DNA from: Bacteroidota bacterium
GTDB taxonomy: Bacteria > Bacteroidota > Bacteroidia > Chitinophagales > Saprospiraceae
Assembly: GCA_029567325.1 (NCBI GenBank)
Contig: JAKQLF010000055.1
Span: forward strand, 1,581 to 65,580
DNA length: 64,000 nucleotides
Direction of reading: 5' to 3'
The notes under the pieces are model-generated. The model did not search any database. It had not been told where the DNA came from and saw nothing but the letters and a program-made list of their open reading frames with translations. The position numbers and the translations under genes are program-made. This document shows positions 28,378-38,512 of this stretch, in pieces; the stretch's first letter is position 1; each line of letters starts with the position of its first letter.

Positions 28378-29394
28378 ATGGCTGAGCTCAATTATTTAAA
28401 ATTGGACCAAGCGCTTGTGTTGGAATCCGGTCGTGAATTGTCTAATGTAGTCATTGCCTACCATACTTTTGGTAAACTCAACGAAAATAAGTCCAACGTC
28501 ATCTGGATCATCCACGCTTTGACCGCCAATGCCAATCCACTCGAGTGGTGGCCAGGTTTAGTGGGTGAAGGGAGCGTTATTGACCCAGCAGAATATTTTA
28601 TAGTTTGCGCTAATGTGTTAGGTTCTCATTATGGTAGTACTTGTGCACTACATGAAAACCCCCGAACTGGAAAACCGTACTATCACGATTTTCCAATGTT
28701 GACAATCAGAGATTTGATAAAGCCTTATGAGACACTTGCGGACCATTTAGGTTTAGAAAAAATCAAGTTACTCATTGGTGCTTCACTAGGCGGACAACAA
28801 GCAATGGAATGGGCCATTAAAAATCCATTGAAGTTTGAAAAACTAGCTTTGCTTGCAACCAATGCAAACCACTCTCCTTGGGGCATAGCTTTCAACGAAA
28901 GTCAAAGAATGGCCATTGAAGCAGATCAAAGTTGGTACAAAAATTACCCAGATGCTGGAATCGAGGGCCTCAAAGCTGCACGCTCGATTGCATTATTATC
29001 CTACAGAACAATTGACGGATACAACATTACCCAAAAAGAAGAAACACCAAAAGTAGAAAGCTTTAAAGCCAGTAGTTACCAGCGATATCAAGGTCAAAAA
29101 TTAGCGGATAGATTCAATGCCTTTTCCTATCATTTATTTACTAAATGTATGGACAGCCACGATGTCGGAAGAGGACGCACATCCAGAGAAGAAGCATTGT
29201 CTCGTATAAAAGCCAAAACCACCATTATTGGAATTGAATCAGATATTTTATTTCCAGTTTCAGAACAAGCTTATTTACATGAATGCATCAAAGACAGCAA
29301 GTTCTATAAGATTTCCTCAAAATTTGGTCACGATGGTTTTTTAGTAGAGAAAGAACAAGTTGGAAATATCATCAGAGAGACACTCGATAATTGA
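28378..29394 (+). CDS. metX: Homoserine O-acetyltransferase
   Basis: Alpha/beta-hydrolase MetX pattern: HALTANA, GASLGGQQA nucleophile elbow, and C-terminal GHDGFL. Confidence 0.85.
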   Translation: MAELNYLKLDQALVLESGRELSNVVIAYHTFGKLNENKSNVIWIIHALTANANPLEWWPGLVGEGSVIDPAEYFIVCANVLGSHYGSTCALHENPRTGKPYYHDFPMLTIRDLIKPYETLADHLGLEKIKLLIGASLGGQQAMEWAIKNPLKFEKLALLATNANHSPWGIAFNESQRMAIEADQSWYKNYPDAGIEGLKAARSIALLSYRTIDGYNITQKEETPKVESFKASSYQRYQGQKLADRFNAFSYHLFTKCMDSHDVGRGRTSREEALSRIKAKTTIIGIESDILFPVSEQAYLHECIKDSKFYKISSKFGHDGFLVEKEQVGNIIRETLDN

Positions 29395-29596
29395 GTTTGA
29401 TTTAGTAAATCAGGCAAACAAGTGAGCAACTTCAATGCATTCCAGCAAAAAATGACTCCTATATTTAACAAAAAGTATAAAAACCCTACTTTTTCACCCA
29501 AATAGCTGTTAATACGTTGTTAACCACTTTACAGATATTTGGATATAACGATTTTTCATATATTTTTGTACTAAATTTAAAAAAAGAAGAACAGAT

Positions 29597-30112
29597 ATGA
29601 AACAAATGTTATTGATCTTGGCTATTGCATTCACAATAGTTTCTTGCAAAAACGAAAAAACTGTTGATACAGCTGAAGCAACAACTGCAGAAGCATCAAC
29701 AGAAACTACTCCAGTAGAAATGCCAACTGAGGCAACACCAGGTGAAGCTGCCCCTGCAGTTCCAACAGGTCCAACTACTAAAATTGCTTTCTCTGAGACT
29801 GATTTTGATTTCGGTACAGTAAAAGATGGTGAAAAAGTTACGCACAACTTTAAATTTACAAATAACGGAACTGAGCCGTTGATCATCAGCAATGCTCAAG
29901 GTAGCTGTGGTTGTACAGTTCCTGAGTGGCCAAAAGAAGCTATTGCTCCTGGAAAATCTGGTGAAATCAAAGTTGTATTTGATTCAGGTGGAAAAGGAAG
30001 TCCAGAAGGATCTCCACAAGCAAAAAGAGTTACTATTACAGCAAACACTGATCCTGTAGAAACTTACCTTAACATCAAAGGTATCGTTACTAAGCCAGCT
30101 GATGGCAAATAA
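29597..30112 (+). CDS. DUF1573-domain lipoprotein
   Basis: Lipobox (FTIVSCKNE), a Thr/Ala/Glu/Pro-rich linker, then FDFGTVKDGEKVTHNFKFTNNGTEPLIISNAQGSCGCTVPEWPKEAIAPGKSGEIKVVFD, the DUF1573 signature. Confidence 0.75.
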   Translation: MKQMLLILAIAFTIVSCKNEKTVDTAEATTAEASTETTPVEMPTEATPGEAAPAVPTGPTTKIAFSETDFDFGTVKDGEKVTHNFKFTNNGTEPLIISNAQGSCGCTVPEWPKEAIAPGKSGEIKVVFDSGGKGSPEGSPQAKRVTITANTDPVETYLNIKGIVTKPADGK

Positions 30113-30140
30113 GATCTGCGTTTTATAGATTATATTATAT

Positions 30141-30180
30141 ACAGGCGTCTGTGGTAATCAATTCCCAGACGCCTGTTTTA
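30141..30180 (+). terminator. Rho-independent terminator
   Basis: A perfect 11-bp stem ACAGGCGTCTG (30141-30151) / CAGACGCCTGT (30166-30176) with a 14-nt loop, followed by TTTTA. Confidence 0.75.
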
Positions 30181-30243
30181 TATAAATCACAACCAAAACC
30201 CCATTGTTCTGTTGATCCTTTTATCAAAGCAATACATAAATCA

Positions 30244-31107
30244 TTGAAAAACTACCTCAGTCTCATAAAATTCTCTCACACCATTTTTGCTTTGCCATTT
30301 GCTTTGGTCGGCTTTTTTTTGGCTAGTCATCACGTAGATGCTGTTTTTTCATGGCAAAAATTGCTGTTGGTTATTTTATGTATGGTATTTGCAAGGACAG
30401 CAGCGATGGCATTCAACAGATGGCAAGACAGAGACATCGATGCATTAAATCCCAGAACAAAAATCAGAGAAATTCCAGCAGGCATTTTGAGTTCAAATAA
30501 AGTACTCATTTTTGTCATCATCAATTGTTGTCTATTTATAGCCACCACCTATTTCATCAATCCATTGTGTTTTTACCTTAGCCCCATTGCCCTATTGATA
30601 GTTTTGGGATACAGTTTCACAAAGAGATTTACATTTTTGTGTCACCTCATTTTGGGTATGGGATTAGCATTAGCACCAGTTGGAGCATACCTTGCAGTGA
30701 CAGGTAGTTTTGATTTGCTTCCAATCATCTATGGATTTGCCGTATTATTTTGGACGGCTGGTTTTGACATCATTTATGCATTGCAAGACGAAGAATTTGA
30801 TAAAGAAAATCAATTACAATCTATTCCTGTATTATTTGGAAAGGACAAAGCTTTGATGCTGTCCAATATCTTACACCTCATTTCTGGTACTTTAATGATT
30901 GTAGCTGGATTTGTAGCGGCGCGAGATTATATGGCTTTGCACTTTTTACATTTTGTTGGCTTGGCCATATTTATTTCACTTTTGATCTATCAACACACCT
31001 TAGTAAAAGCCAATGACCTTTCTAAAGTCAATTTGGCGTTTTTCACTACCAATGGCCTTGCAAGTTTGGTTTTTGGAAGCCTTTTTATTTTGGATTTTTA
31101 CATTTAA
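30244..31107 (+). CDS. UbiA-family aromatic prenyltransferase (4-hydroxybenzoate polyprenyltransferase / MqnP-like)
   Basis: NRWQDRDID Asp-rich motif and a second YALQDEEFD motif, with about 8 TM helices. There is no in-frame ATG near the N-terminus. The TTG at 30244 gives MKNYLSLIKFSHTIFALPFAL, the usual N-terminus. The track ORF start at 30151 lies inside the terminator hairpin. Confidence 0.7.
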   Translation: MKNYLSLIKFSHTIFALPFALVGFFLASHHVDAVFSWQKLLLVILCMVFARTAAMAFNRWQDRDIDALNPRTKIREIPAGILSSNKVLIFVIINCCLFIATTYFINPLCFYLSPIALLIVLGYSFTKRFTFLCHLILGMGLALAPVGAYLAVTGSFDLLPIIYGFAVLFWTAGFDIIYALQDEEFDKENQLQSIPVLFGKDKALMLSNILHLISGTLMIVAGFVAARDYMALHFLHFVGLAIFISLLIYQHTLVKANDLSKVNLAFFTTNGLASLVFGSLFILDFYI

Positions 31108-31170
31108 TTAATTGTTTGATAAAAACATTTTTCGCTTCACTGCTCTTTAAAGAGTGGCAAAAATAAAGGC

Positions 31171-32766
31171 ATGCAAATAGAAAGAATAAGTTTTGATAAA
31201 ATCCCACAGTTTTCAAATAGAGACAGACAATATCAAACCAATCCGGAAACCTTTTGTGATTTTATAAAATATATGCCGACTGAGGAGGGTTTGATGCAAG
31301 CTGCCAGAGAAAGAAAATCGTTTGCAACCGATCGTAGTTTGCTAGTTTCAGTACTGGAAGAACATTACAAGTCTTTCAAAATTGAAGATCTGCAAAAAGA
31401 AAATCTATTGGCACTTGCAGATGAAAATACCTTTACCATTATTACCGCTCACCAGCCTTGCTTGTTTACCGGACCACTTTATTATGTGACTAAATTGTTT
31501 TCAGCAGTAAATCTTGCTAAAAGGCTCAATAATAATAACGAAGGATTTAAGTTTGTTCCTGTTTTCATCAACGGTAGTGAAGACCATGACTTTGAGGAAG
31601 TTGCTTCTTTAAATATATACAACAAGTCGGTTTCGTGGCATACAGAACAAACCGGTCCAGTTGGAAGAATGGAACTCGATGGTTTGGAAAAGGCTCTTGA
31701 GGATCTGGTAGATGTAATGGGAACCGGAGAAACGGCCACAACCATCAAAGAAAAAATCAAGGCTTGTCTGTATACTTGCAATAACTACAATGACTTTGTA
31801 TTCAAATTTGTCAATGTTTTTTTTGGTTACACTGGAATTCTGGTCTTAACGATGGATGATGCTGCTTTAAAAAAGGCTTTCATTCCCATTATGAAAAAAG
31901 AAATACTCGAGGAGGCAAGTTTGGAATCAGTACAAAATACACAATCAAAAATTGAAGAGTTATTAGGATATAAAGCTCAGGCGTTTGCCCGGCCGATCAA
32001 TCTTTTTTATCTCTCAGATGGCAATAGAGGGCGCATAGAACGTGATGGAGAAGGATTTACAATTACTGATACCAACAAGCGTTTTACCAAAGAAGAATTG
32101 ATGGCAGAATTAGAAGCTCATCCCGAAAGCTTCAGTCCAAATGTGGTACTCAGACCTTTGTTTCAGGAGTTTATTTTACCAAATGTTGCCTACGTTGGCG
32201 GTGGTGGTGAATTGGCATATTGGATGGAAAGAAAACAACAGTTTGAGGATTTTGGCATCTTCTTCCCTACCCTCATTCGCAGAAACTCGTTGATGATTAT
32301 TTCTAAAAGTCAAAATCAAATGCTTGGCAAAGTTGGGTTTAAGGTCGACGAGATTTTTGCACTTGAAGATGATCTGATCAGAACATATTTAGAGCGAAAG
32401 TCACATGGAGAACTTGATTTAAGTGTAGAAAATGAGCAGATTTCCAAAATCATGGACGCCATTTCAGAAAAAGCAGAAGCCATAGATCCCACTTTAAAGA
32501 ATGCGGTTTTGGCGGAAGCAAATAAAATAGGAAAACAGGTTGAGCAGATAGAATCAAGAATCAGAAGAAGTCTCAAACAACAAGAAGAGACACAAGTGAA
32601 TCAAATCAAAACCCTAAAGTCCAAATTATTTGCCGGAAATGGCTTGCAGGAAAGGACTGACAATTTCTTTCAATTTTATCTTTCAATGGGTGAAAAGTTG
32701 ACAGAACAATTTGAATCCTTACTGGATCCATTGGATAAGGAATTTTTGGTTTTGGTGGACGAATAG
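31171..32766 (+). CDS. bshC: Bacillithiol biosynthesis cysteine-adding enzyme
   Basis: 531 aa. The ITAHQPCLFTGPLYYVTK motif, GGGGELAYW, and the C-terminal coiled-coil region are typical of BshC. Confidence 0.8.
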   Translation: MQIERISFDKIPQFSNRDRQYQTNPETFCDFIKYMPTEEGLMQAARERKSFATDRSLLVSVLEEHYKSFKIEDLQKENLLALADENTFTIITAHQPCLFTGPLYYVTKLFSAVNLAKRLNNNNEGFKFVPVFINGSEDHDFEEVASLNIYNKSVSWHTEQTGPVGRMELDGLEKALEDLVDVMGTGETATTIKEKIKACLYTCNNYNDFVFKFVNVFFGYTGILVLTMDDAALKKAFIPIMKKEILEEASLESVQNTQSKIEELLGYKAQAFARPINLFYLSDGNRGRIERDGEGFTITDTNKRFTKEELMAELEAHPESFSPNVVLRPLFQEFILPNVAYVGGGGELAYWMERKQQFEDFGIFFPTLIRRNSLMIISKSQNQMLGKVGFKVDEIFALEDDLIRTYLERKSHGELDLSVENEQISKIMDAISEKAEAIDPTLKNAVLAEANKIGKQVEQIESRIRRSLKQQEETQVNQIKTLKSKLFAGNGLQERTDNFFQFYLSMGEKLTEQFESLLDPLDKEFLVLVDE

Positions 32767-32781
32767 AAAAGGAGAATACTT

Positions 32782-33414
32782 CTACTTTACTATCCTCTTT
32801 CCATGATAAACGCTCGCCCCGATCAATTCATGTATCTCATGCAAATTAATTGAAGTGATTTTCCCAGCTGCAATGATGTCAATATCATCGCCAGCAACAC
32901 TGATCATGTTTTTGATTACTTCTGCCCCTTCAATTGCTGTTGTAGCACCACCAGATGTCAAAATCTCATTAAGATTAGGAATTTCTTTTGCTAAAACAAC
33001 GTCCTCAATAATATTTTCTGAGAGGTCAATGGCTTTGTGCAGACAAACCTTATGAGGAAAAACAAACTCACAAAACGCTTTTACAATATTGAAATCAATT
33101 CTTTGGTTTGAAAGCGCTCCGAAAACAAAATTTTGCACTCCAATTTCCAAAAAAGCCTTTGCTTGCGAAAGCATGGTTTCAAACTCAGCTTGTTGATATT
33201 CAAAATTTCCTGGTCTACATCTGATCATCACCTTTATCAAGGTATTCGACTGTTCTAATAGTTTGTTTACATCTTCAATGGCTGGGGTAAGTCCATCATT
33301 TTCTAGATCGGCACAAAATTCGATTTGATCACAATCATTAAGCTTGGTCAAAGCCAGGCTGACATCATCAGTGCATAGTTCTACTTTGTACAAATTGGGC
33401 GACATATTAATCAA
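32782..33414 (-). CDS. cutC: Copper homeostasis protein CutC family
   Basis: TIM-barrel CutC pattern (VELCTDDV...DQIEFCADLENDGLTPA ... HKAID), somewhat short at 210 aa. Confidence 0.65.
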   Translation of the reverse strand: MINMSPNLYKVELCTDDVSLALTKLNDCDQIEFCADLENDGLTPAIEDVNKLLEQSNTLIKVMIRCRPGNFEYQQAEFETMLSQAKAFLEIGVQNFVFGALSNQRIDFNIVKAFCEFVFPHKVCLHKAIDLSENIIEDVVLAKEIPNLNEILTSGGATTAIEGAEVIKNMISVAGDDIDIIAAGKITSINLHEIHELIGASVYHGKRIVK

Positions 33415-33647
33415 ACTTAAAACTGAAATTTAGTTTAGATATAGCCTTAAAAGTAGGCATTTGAATTTTAAGAATCATTCAAAACAAATAAACCTTTGGA
33501 ATTTAAATTTAAAAAAATGTTCCATTTCACTCCAAAAAAAGATGAAAATGAAGCCCTTAACAAAACAATAATAATAAAAATAGTCGATATTTTTACTGAT
33601 TTTCAACGACTTACAAAGGTAGGTGAAAAATATTTTCTTTAAAATGC

Positions 33648-33678
33648 TTGCAAAATCAGTTTCCAAGACTTACTTTTG
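33648..33678 (+). promoter_or_regulatory. Candidate Bacteroidota promoter (TTG, 20 nt, TACTTTTG) for the rplM-rpsI-rpsB-tsf cluster
   Basis: TTG at 33648-33650 and a TAnnTTTG box at 33671-33678, 50 nt upstream of the rplM start. Confidence 0.35.
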
Positions 33679-33727
33679 CAGCCGTTTTAAAAGATAAGCA
33701 TTTTTTTATTTAAAATCAATACAAGCT

Positions 33728-34171
33728 GTGAATACATTAAGTTATAAAACAGTATCTGCAAAAAAAGAAACCGTAGAGAGATCTTGGTTTGTAGTAGATG
33801 CAGAGGATCTGACAGTAGGAAGGTTATCAAGTAAGATAGCTACTACTTTGATGGGAAAACACAAACCATCATTTACATCTCACGTAGATACTGGTGATTA
33901 TGTCATCGTCATCAATGCAGAGAAAGTAAAATTTACTGGCAACAAATGGGCTGACAAAGAATATCAAAGGTATTCTGGTTACCCTGGTGGTCAAGTAAGA
34001 ACTGCTGCAATTGAAGTTTTGGCAAAAAAACCAACTGCAATCCTCGAAAGATCTGTAAGAGGTATGTTGCCTAAAACAAAATTGGGTGATGCTATGTACA
34101 GAAAATTATTTGTTTATGAAGGTCCAGAGCATCCACACGCTGCTCAACAACCACAACCATTCAAACTCTAA
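33728..34171 (+). CDS. rplM: 50S ribosomal protein L13
   Basis: Unambiguous L13 sequence (TLSYKTVSAKKETVERSWFVVDAEDLTVGRL...) with a GTG start. Confidence 0.95.
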   Translation: MNTLSYKTVSAKKETVERSWFVVDAEDLTVGRLSSKIATTLMGKHKPSFTSHVDTGDYVIVINAEKVKFTGNKWADKEYQRYSGYPGGQVRTAAIEVLAKKPTAILERSVRGMLPKTKLGDAMYRKLFVYEGPEHPHAAQQPQPFKL

Positions 34172-34176
34172 TAAGC

Positions 34177-34563
34177 ATGGAAATGATCAACGCCATAGGC
34201 AGAAGAAAAGCGGCAGTAGCCAGAGTATACCTTAAGAAAGGTGATGGTAAAATAACCATCAACGGTAAGGACTTAAAAGATTACTTCACAGTTGATGCAA
34301 TTAGTTCAAAAGTAATTGAACCAATTGAAATCATCGAAGAAGGCGCTCAATATGATATCAACGTCAATGTAAAGGGTGGTGGATACAAAGGTCAAGCAGA
34401 AGCAATCAGAATGGGAATTTCTAGAGCTTTTGTTGAAATCAATGCAGATTTCAAACCTTTGTTGAAAACTCAAAAACTCCTTACTAGAGATCCAAGAGAA
34501 GTAGAAAGGAAGAAATTTGGTAAACCAAAGGCAAGAAAGAGCTTCCAGTTCTCTAAGCGTTAA
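34177..34563 (+). CDS. rpsI: 30S ribosomal protein S9
   Basis: GRRKAAVARVYL ... GGGYKGQAEAIRMGISRA ... LTRDPREVERKKFG...KRR-type C-terminus. Confidence 0.95.
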   Translation: MEMINAIGRRKAAVARVYLKKGDGKITINGKDLKDYFTVDAISSKVIEPIEIIEEGAQYDINVNVKGGGYKGQAEAIRMGISRAFVEINADFKPLLKTQKLLTRDPREVERKKFGKPKARKSFQFSKR

Positions 34564-34593
34564 TTTATTTTTCATTTATCAAGAAAATTTGTC

Positions 34594-35328
34594 ATGAGCA
34601 CTATAACAAACAAACCTACATTTGAACAAATGCTTGAAGCAGGTGTCCACTATGGTCACATGAAGAGAAAGTGGAATCCTAAAATGCTTCCTTATATCTT
34701 CATGGAAAGAAAAGGTATCCACCTTATCGACTTGAACAGAACTGCAGAAGGTATGGAAAAATCAGCTTACGCATTGAAACAAATTGCGAAGTCTGGTAGA
34801 AAAATCCTTTTTGTAGCAACTAAAAAACAAGCCAAAGCCATCGTTGCGGAAGCAGCTAAAAGCGTAGGTATGCCTTATGTCACCGAGCGTTGGTTGGGTG
34901 GTATGATGACCAACTTTGCTACCATCAGAAGGTCAATCAAGAAAATGCAAAACATCGACAAGATGTTGAATGATACAACGTTGACTTCAATCACTAAGAA
35001 AGAAAGATTGACGTTGGATAGAGAAAGAATCAAGTTGGAAAGAGAATTGGGCGGTATCGCAAACCTCAATAGACTTCCTTCAGCTTTATTCATTGTTGAC
35101 ATCAGTCACGAACACATCGCTCTTGCAGAAGCAAAAAGATTGGGTTTGAAAACTTTTGGAATCGTTGATACCAACTCTGATCCAAACAAAGTTGATTTCG
35201 CAATACCTGCAAATGATGATGCATCAAAATCAATCAAAATCTTGGTTGATTACGTGGTTGCTGCTATCAACGAAGGTCTTGAGGAAAGAAAAACTCAGAC
35301 TACAGAAAATGCTGCAGTAGCAGAATAA
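34594..35328 (+). CDS. rpsB: 30S ribosomal protein S2
   Basis: LEAGVHYGHMKRKWNPKM ... RWLGGMMTNF ... conserved S2 blocks. Confidence 0.95.
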   Translation: MSTITNKPTFEQMLEAGVHYGHMKRKWNPKMLPYIFMERKGIHLIDLNRTAEGMEKSAYALKQIAKSGRKILFVATKKQAKAIVAEAAKSVGMPYVTERWLGGMMTNFATIRRSIKKMQNIDKMLNDTTLTSITKKERLTLDRERIKLERELGGIANLNRLPSALFIVDISHEHIALAEAKRLGLKTFGIVDTNSDPNKVDFAIPANDDASKSIKILVDYVVAAINEGLEERKTQTTENAAVAE

Positions 35329-35363
35329 AATTAATTATTTAATTACTCAAATATATATTCATA

Positions 35364-36203
35364 ATGAGTGAAGTTGTAATTTCAGCATCAGACGTTAAAG
35401 CGTTAAGAGATCAAACTGGTGCTGGTATGATGGATTGTAAAAAAGCACTTACTGAAGCAGGTGGTGATTTTGAAAAAGCAATCGAAGTATTGAGAAAACA
35501 AGGTCAGAAACTTTCTTTGAAAAGAGCTGACAGAGAAGCTAAAGAAGGTGCAGTAATCGCATTGGTATCTGACGACAAAACCAAAGGTGTAGTTGTGAGA
35601 TTGAGTTGTGAAACTGACTTCGTGGCTAAAAATGATGATTTTGTTGCTTTCACTACAAAAATAGCTCAACTAGCATTGGAAAGTTTCCCTGCAGACAGAG
35701 AAGCTCTTGAAAGCGTTGCTTTTGATAGCACTATTTCTATCGGAGATAAAATTCTTGAGCAAGTTGGTGTGATTGGCGAAAAAGTAGAATTGGCGGATTA
35801 CCAAAAATTGGAAGCTGCTTATATTACTTCTTACATTCACATGGGTAATAAAGCTGGTGTGATTGTTGGTTTCAATAAAGCTGATGCATCTTTTGAAGAA
35901 GCAGGAAAAGATGTTGCAATGCAAATCGCAGCAATGAAGCCAGTTTCTGTTGATGAAAAAGGAGTTTCTTCAGACATCATCGAAAAAGAAATTGAAATCG
36001 GAAAGGAACTTGCAAGACAAGAAGGTAAACCTGAAGATATGTTGGAAAAAATTGCTCAAGGCAAGTTGGCCAAATTCTTCAAGGAAATGACCTTACTTCC
36101 ACAAGCTTTCGTAAAAGACAACAAAAAATCTGTTGCTGAGTACCTTAAGACTTTTGATAAGGAACTTACCGTTACGGATTTCAAACACGTAAAGTTAGGA
36201 TAA
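35364..36203 (+). CDS. tsf: Translation elongation factor Ts
   Basis: VKALRDQTGAGMMDCKKAL UBA-like N-terminus, plus ETDFVAKND. Confidence 0.95.
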   Translation: MSEVVISASDVKALRDQTGAGMMDCKKALTEAGGDFEKAIEVLRKQGQKLSLKRADREAKEGAVIALVSDDKTKGVVVRLSCETDFVAKNDDFVAFTTKIAQLALESFPADREALESVAFDSTISIGDKILEQVGVIGEKVELADYQKLEAAYITSYIHMGNKAGVIVGFNKADASFEEAGKDVAMQIAAMKPVSVDEKGVSSDIIEKEIEIGKELARQEGKPEDMLEKIAQGKLAKFFKEMTLLPQAFVKDNKKSVAEYLKTFDKELTVTDFKHVKLG

Positions 36204-36213
36204 AATTATTTTA

Positions 36214-36249
36214 AAGGCGTCTCGTTTAAACGGGACGCCTTTTTTTTGT
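36214..36249 (+). terminator. Rho-independent terminator after tsf
   Basis: AGGCGTCTCG-TTTAAA-CGGGACGCCT stem-loop followed by TTTTTTTT. Confidence 0.8.
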
Positions 36250-36316
36250 CTTTTTATTAATTTTGCCCCAGAATTTGATTAACACAATCCTCATTGATTA
36301 AAAACTTACTGTTTTT

Positions 36317-37030
36317 ATGTCCATAAAATACAAAAGAGTACTTCTGAAACTGAGTGGAGAATCTCTCATGGGAAACAAAGGCTATGGAATTGATTCCGAA
36401 ATGTTGCACCATTATGCTTTACAAATTAAAACACTGTCTGATTTAGGTGTTGAAATTGCTATTGTGATTGGTGGCGGTAATATTTTCAGAGGATTGAGCG
36501 CCGAGAAATCAGGTATCGAAAGAGTACAAGGTGATTATATGGGCATGTTGGCTACGGTGATCAATGGCATGGCTTTGCAAAGTGCTATTGAAAAAACTGG
36601 TTTGTACACTCGTTTGATTTCCGCTATAGAAATGAGACAGATTGCAGAGCCTTACATCAGACGTAGAGCCATCAGACACTTAGAGAAAAAGCGCATTCTT
36701 ATTTTCTCAGCAGGTACAGGAAATCCTTATTTTACAACAGATAGTGCAGCAGCACTGAGAGCCATTGAAATAAACGCAGAAGTGATTTTGAAAGGCACTC
36801 GAGTAGACGGTATCTATTCCGCTGATCCAGAAAAAGACCCAAGCGCTGTCAAGTATGACAAAATATCATTCATTGATGTGATCAGAAAAGGTCTCAATGT
36901 GATGGATATGACGGCATTTACCATGTGTCAGGAAAACAATATACCCATCATTGTATTTGACATTGCCAAACCAGACAATCTACCCAATATCATCCAAGGA
37001 GCGGAAATTGGTACCCTGGTTCAGAGGTAA
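36317..37030 (+). CDS. pyrH: UMP kinase
   Basis: [10 protein letters not shown] ... [10 protein letters not shown] ... [17 protein letters not shown]. Confidence 0.95.
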   Translation: MSIKYKRVLLKLSGESLMGNKGYGIDSEMLHHYALQIKTLSDLGVEIAIVIGGGNIFRGLSAEKSGIERVQGDYMGMLATVINGMALQSAIEKTGLYTRLISAIEMRQIAEPYIRRRAIRHLEKKRILIFSAGTGNPYFTTDSAAALRAIEINAEVILKGTRVDGIYSADPEKDPSAVKYDKISFIDVIRKGLNVMDMTAFTMCQENNIPIIVFDIAKPDNLPNIIQGAEIGTLVQR

Positions 37031-37099
37031 TGTTATAAAAATTGTAAGATTTAGTTCAAATGTGGGAAGTCATAAAACATCCATGACATCACTACAACT

Positions 37100-38176
37100 T
37101 CAGAATGCTTCCTTTACAGTAGCATAAAAGTTGCCACCCTCACTTGTAATAGCATAATCCAACCTCAAGTTGATCAAATCTCTGGTATTGAGTAAAAATC
37201 TCAAACCCAAACCACCTCCTTGTTTAAATCGTCCTGACAATAGGTTTTCAAGCTTACTGTTCAAAGTCCCAATTCCATAGAAAGCTGCGCCGCTCAATCT
37301 TTTATAAATCGGATACCTATATTCAGTTTGGAATAATATCAAATTGTTGTCCTGAAATCTTCTGTCATTAAATCCACGCAATTTGGTGCCGCTACTGAGG
37401 AAATACTGCTGAAAGAATGGAATTTCATTGAATGACAAACCCATATAAATATTACTTGCAATGATGTGTTTTTTTGCAACACTGGTATAGTTTCTGAAGT
37501 CTACCTCCATTTTTTGATACCGATAGGTTGCGCCCGTTATGGCAGAACTTACTTCTGTTTTTATATTTAGAAAATTACCCTTACTTGGATAAATTAGCTG
37601 ATCCCTGCCATCGTACAGTAACTCAGCTCCAATACTACTTACCACTCCCCCACTCGAACCACGCGCTTTGTCAACATTACTACCTGCGACAACATCATTG
37701 ATGTTATAATTGTCGAAGATGTATTGCCCGCCTAAATACCACTTGGAAGAGACTCTTCTCAATGCAGAAACAATCGCCCGTGGGAAATTTGCATTGTAAA
37801 TCTCCAAGTCTTCCTTTTTGCTTTTTACACCCTGTCCATAATAGTTGAAATAATAATTGAAATATCCAATTTCGCCAAAAAGTCGGGTTTTATCTTGATC
37901 AAAATAAACTTCATAAGGTAAAAATATGAGCAGTTGTTTCCTGAGTGTATATACCGCTGCAAACTGTATTTGACTCGGTTTTACTCCCTGCTGGCTCTTG
38001 AGTCTGAAAGAAGCGATTCCTGCTGCTCCAAATCCTAGTTTGGTTTCGGGTAGGTAAAAAACAACTGGGATGGCTGCATATTTGACTTTATTCCCCAAGG
38101 TGTCGCTGGTCGTATCCTGGGAAAATCCTTTAATAAGAAAAATACAAATGAAAAGTGAAAGTAGATAAATCCTCAT
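37100..38176 (-). CDS. Omp85/BamA-family (bacterial surface antigen) outer-membrane beta-barrel protein without POTRA domains
   Basis: Signal peptide, beta-barrel pattern, and a C-terminal ...GLGLRF...LRLDYA...NFYATVKEAF ending in Phe. Confidence 0.7.
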   Translation of the reverse strand: MRIYLLSLFICIFLIKGFSQDTTSDTLGNKVKYAAIPVVFYLPETKLGFGAAGIASFRLKSQQGVKPSQIQFAAVYTLRKQLLIFLPYEVYFDQDKTRLFGEIGYFNYYFNYYGQGVKSKKEDLEIYNANFPRAIVSALRRVSSKWYLGGQYIFDNYNINDVVAGSNVDKARGSSGGVVSSIGAELLYDGRDQLIYPSKGNFLNIKTEVSSAITGATYRYQKMEVDFRNYTSVAKKHIIASNIYMGLSFNEIPFFQQYFLSSGTKLRGFNDRRFQDNNLILFQTEYRYPIYKRLSGAAFYGIGTLNSKLENLLSGRFKQGGGLGLRFLLNTRDLINLRLDYAITSEGGNFYATVKEAF

Positions 38177-38416
38177 GCGATGTTTTGTCGTCGATTGATA
38201 AACGAAATAGGTTTGGTTTTGTTTATAGTGGATACGAAGTTGTGAAATAGTTCATTTCCATTTCAAAGATTATCATTATGAAACCTAATACTCAGGATTT
38301 ATTAGATATCTTTTAACTTTAATAGACAGGTTTTTACTAAATTTAGTTATTTTTATTATAATTGTATTTTATATTATTATAAAAAAAATTAGTTATAGTT
38401 TACTTTAAGAGGCCTA

Positions 38417-38450
38417 GAAAATGATTTTCATTGGTTGAAAATCATTTTTT
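38417..38450 (+). other. 13/14-bp AT-rich hairpin followed by a T-run (terminator-like or operator-like), 63 nt upstream of the island's first gene
   Basis: GAAAATGATTTTCA (38417-38430), a 5-nt loop, then TGAAAATCATTTT (38436-38448) followed by TT. No upstream + strand gene exists for it to terminate. Confidence 0.5.
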
Positions 38451-38512
38451 CAAGATTTTAGATAATAAATACGTAACAATCAAGTTACAAACTTATATTA
38501 TATCTTTACACT

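Noticed and set aside
29509-29892. 127-aa minus-strand ORF
   Set aside because: It is antisense to the DUF1573 lipoprotein gene. Its translation is a low-complexity Ala/Val/Ser/Gly mirror of the Thr/Ala/Glu linker.
30151-30243. N-terminal 31 codons of the 318-aa UbiA-family track ORF
   Set aside because: The start codon lies inside the loop of a perfect terminator hairpin. The extension has no counterpart in the usual family N-terminus.
33475-33666. 63-aa minus-strand ORF upstream of rplM
   Set aside because: It sits in the AT-rich promoter region of the ribosomal protein cluster. The sequence is Phe/Ile/Lys-rich and typical of translated AT-rich non-coding DNA.
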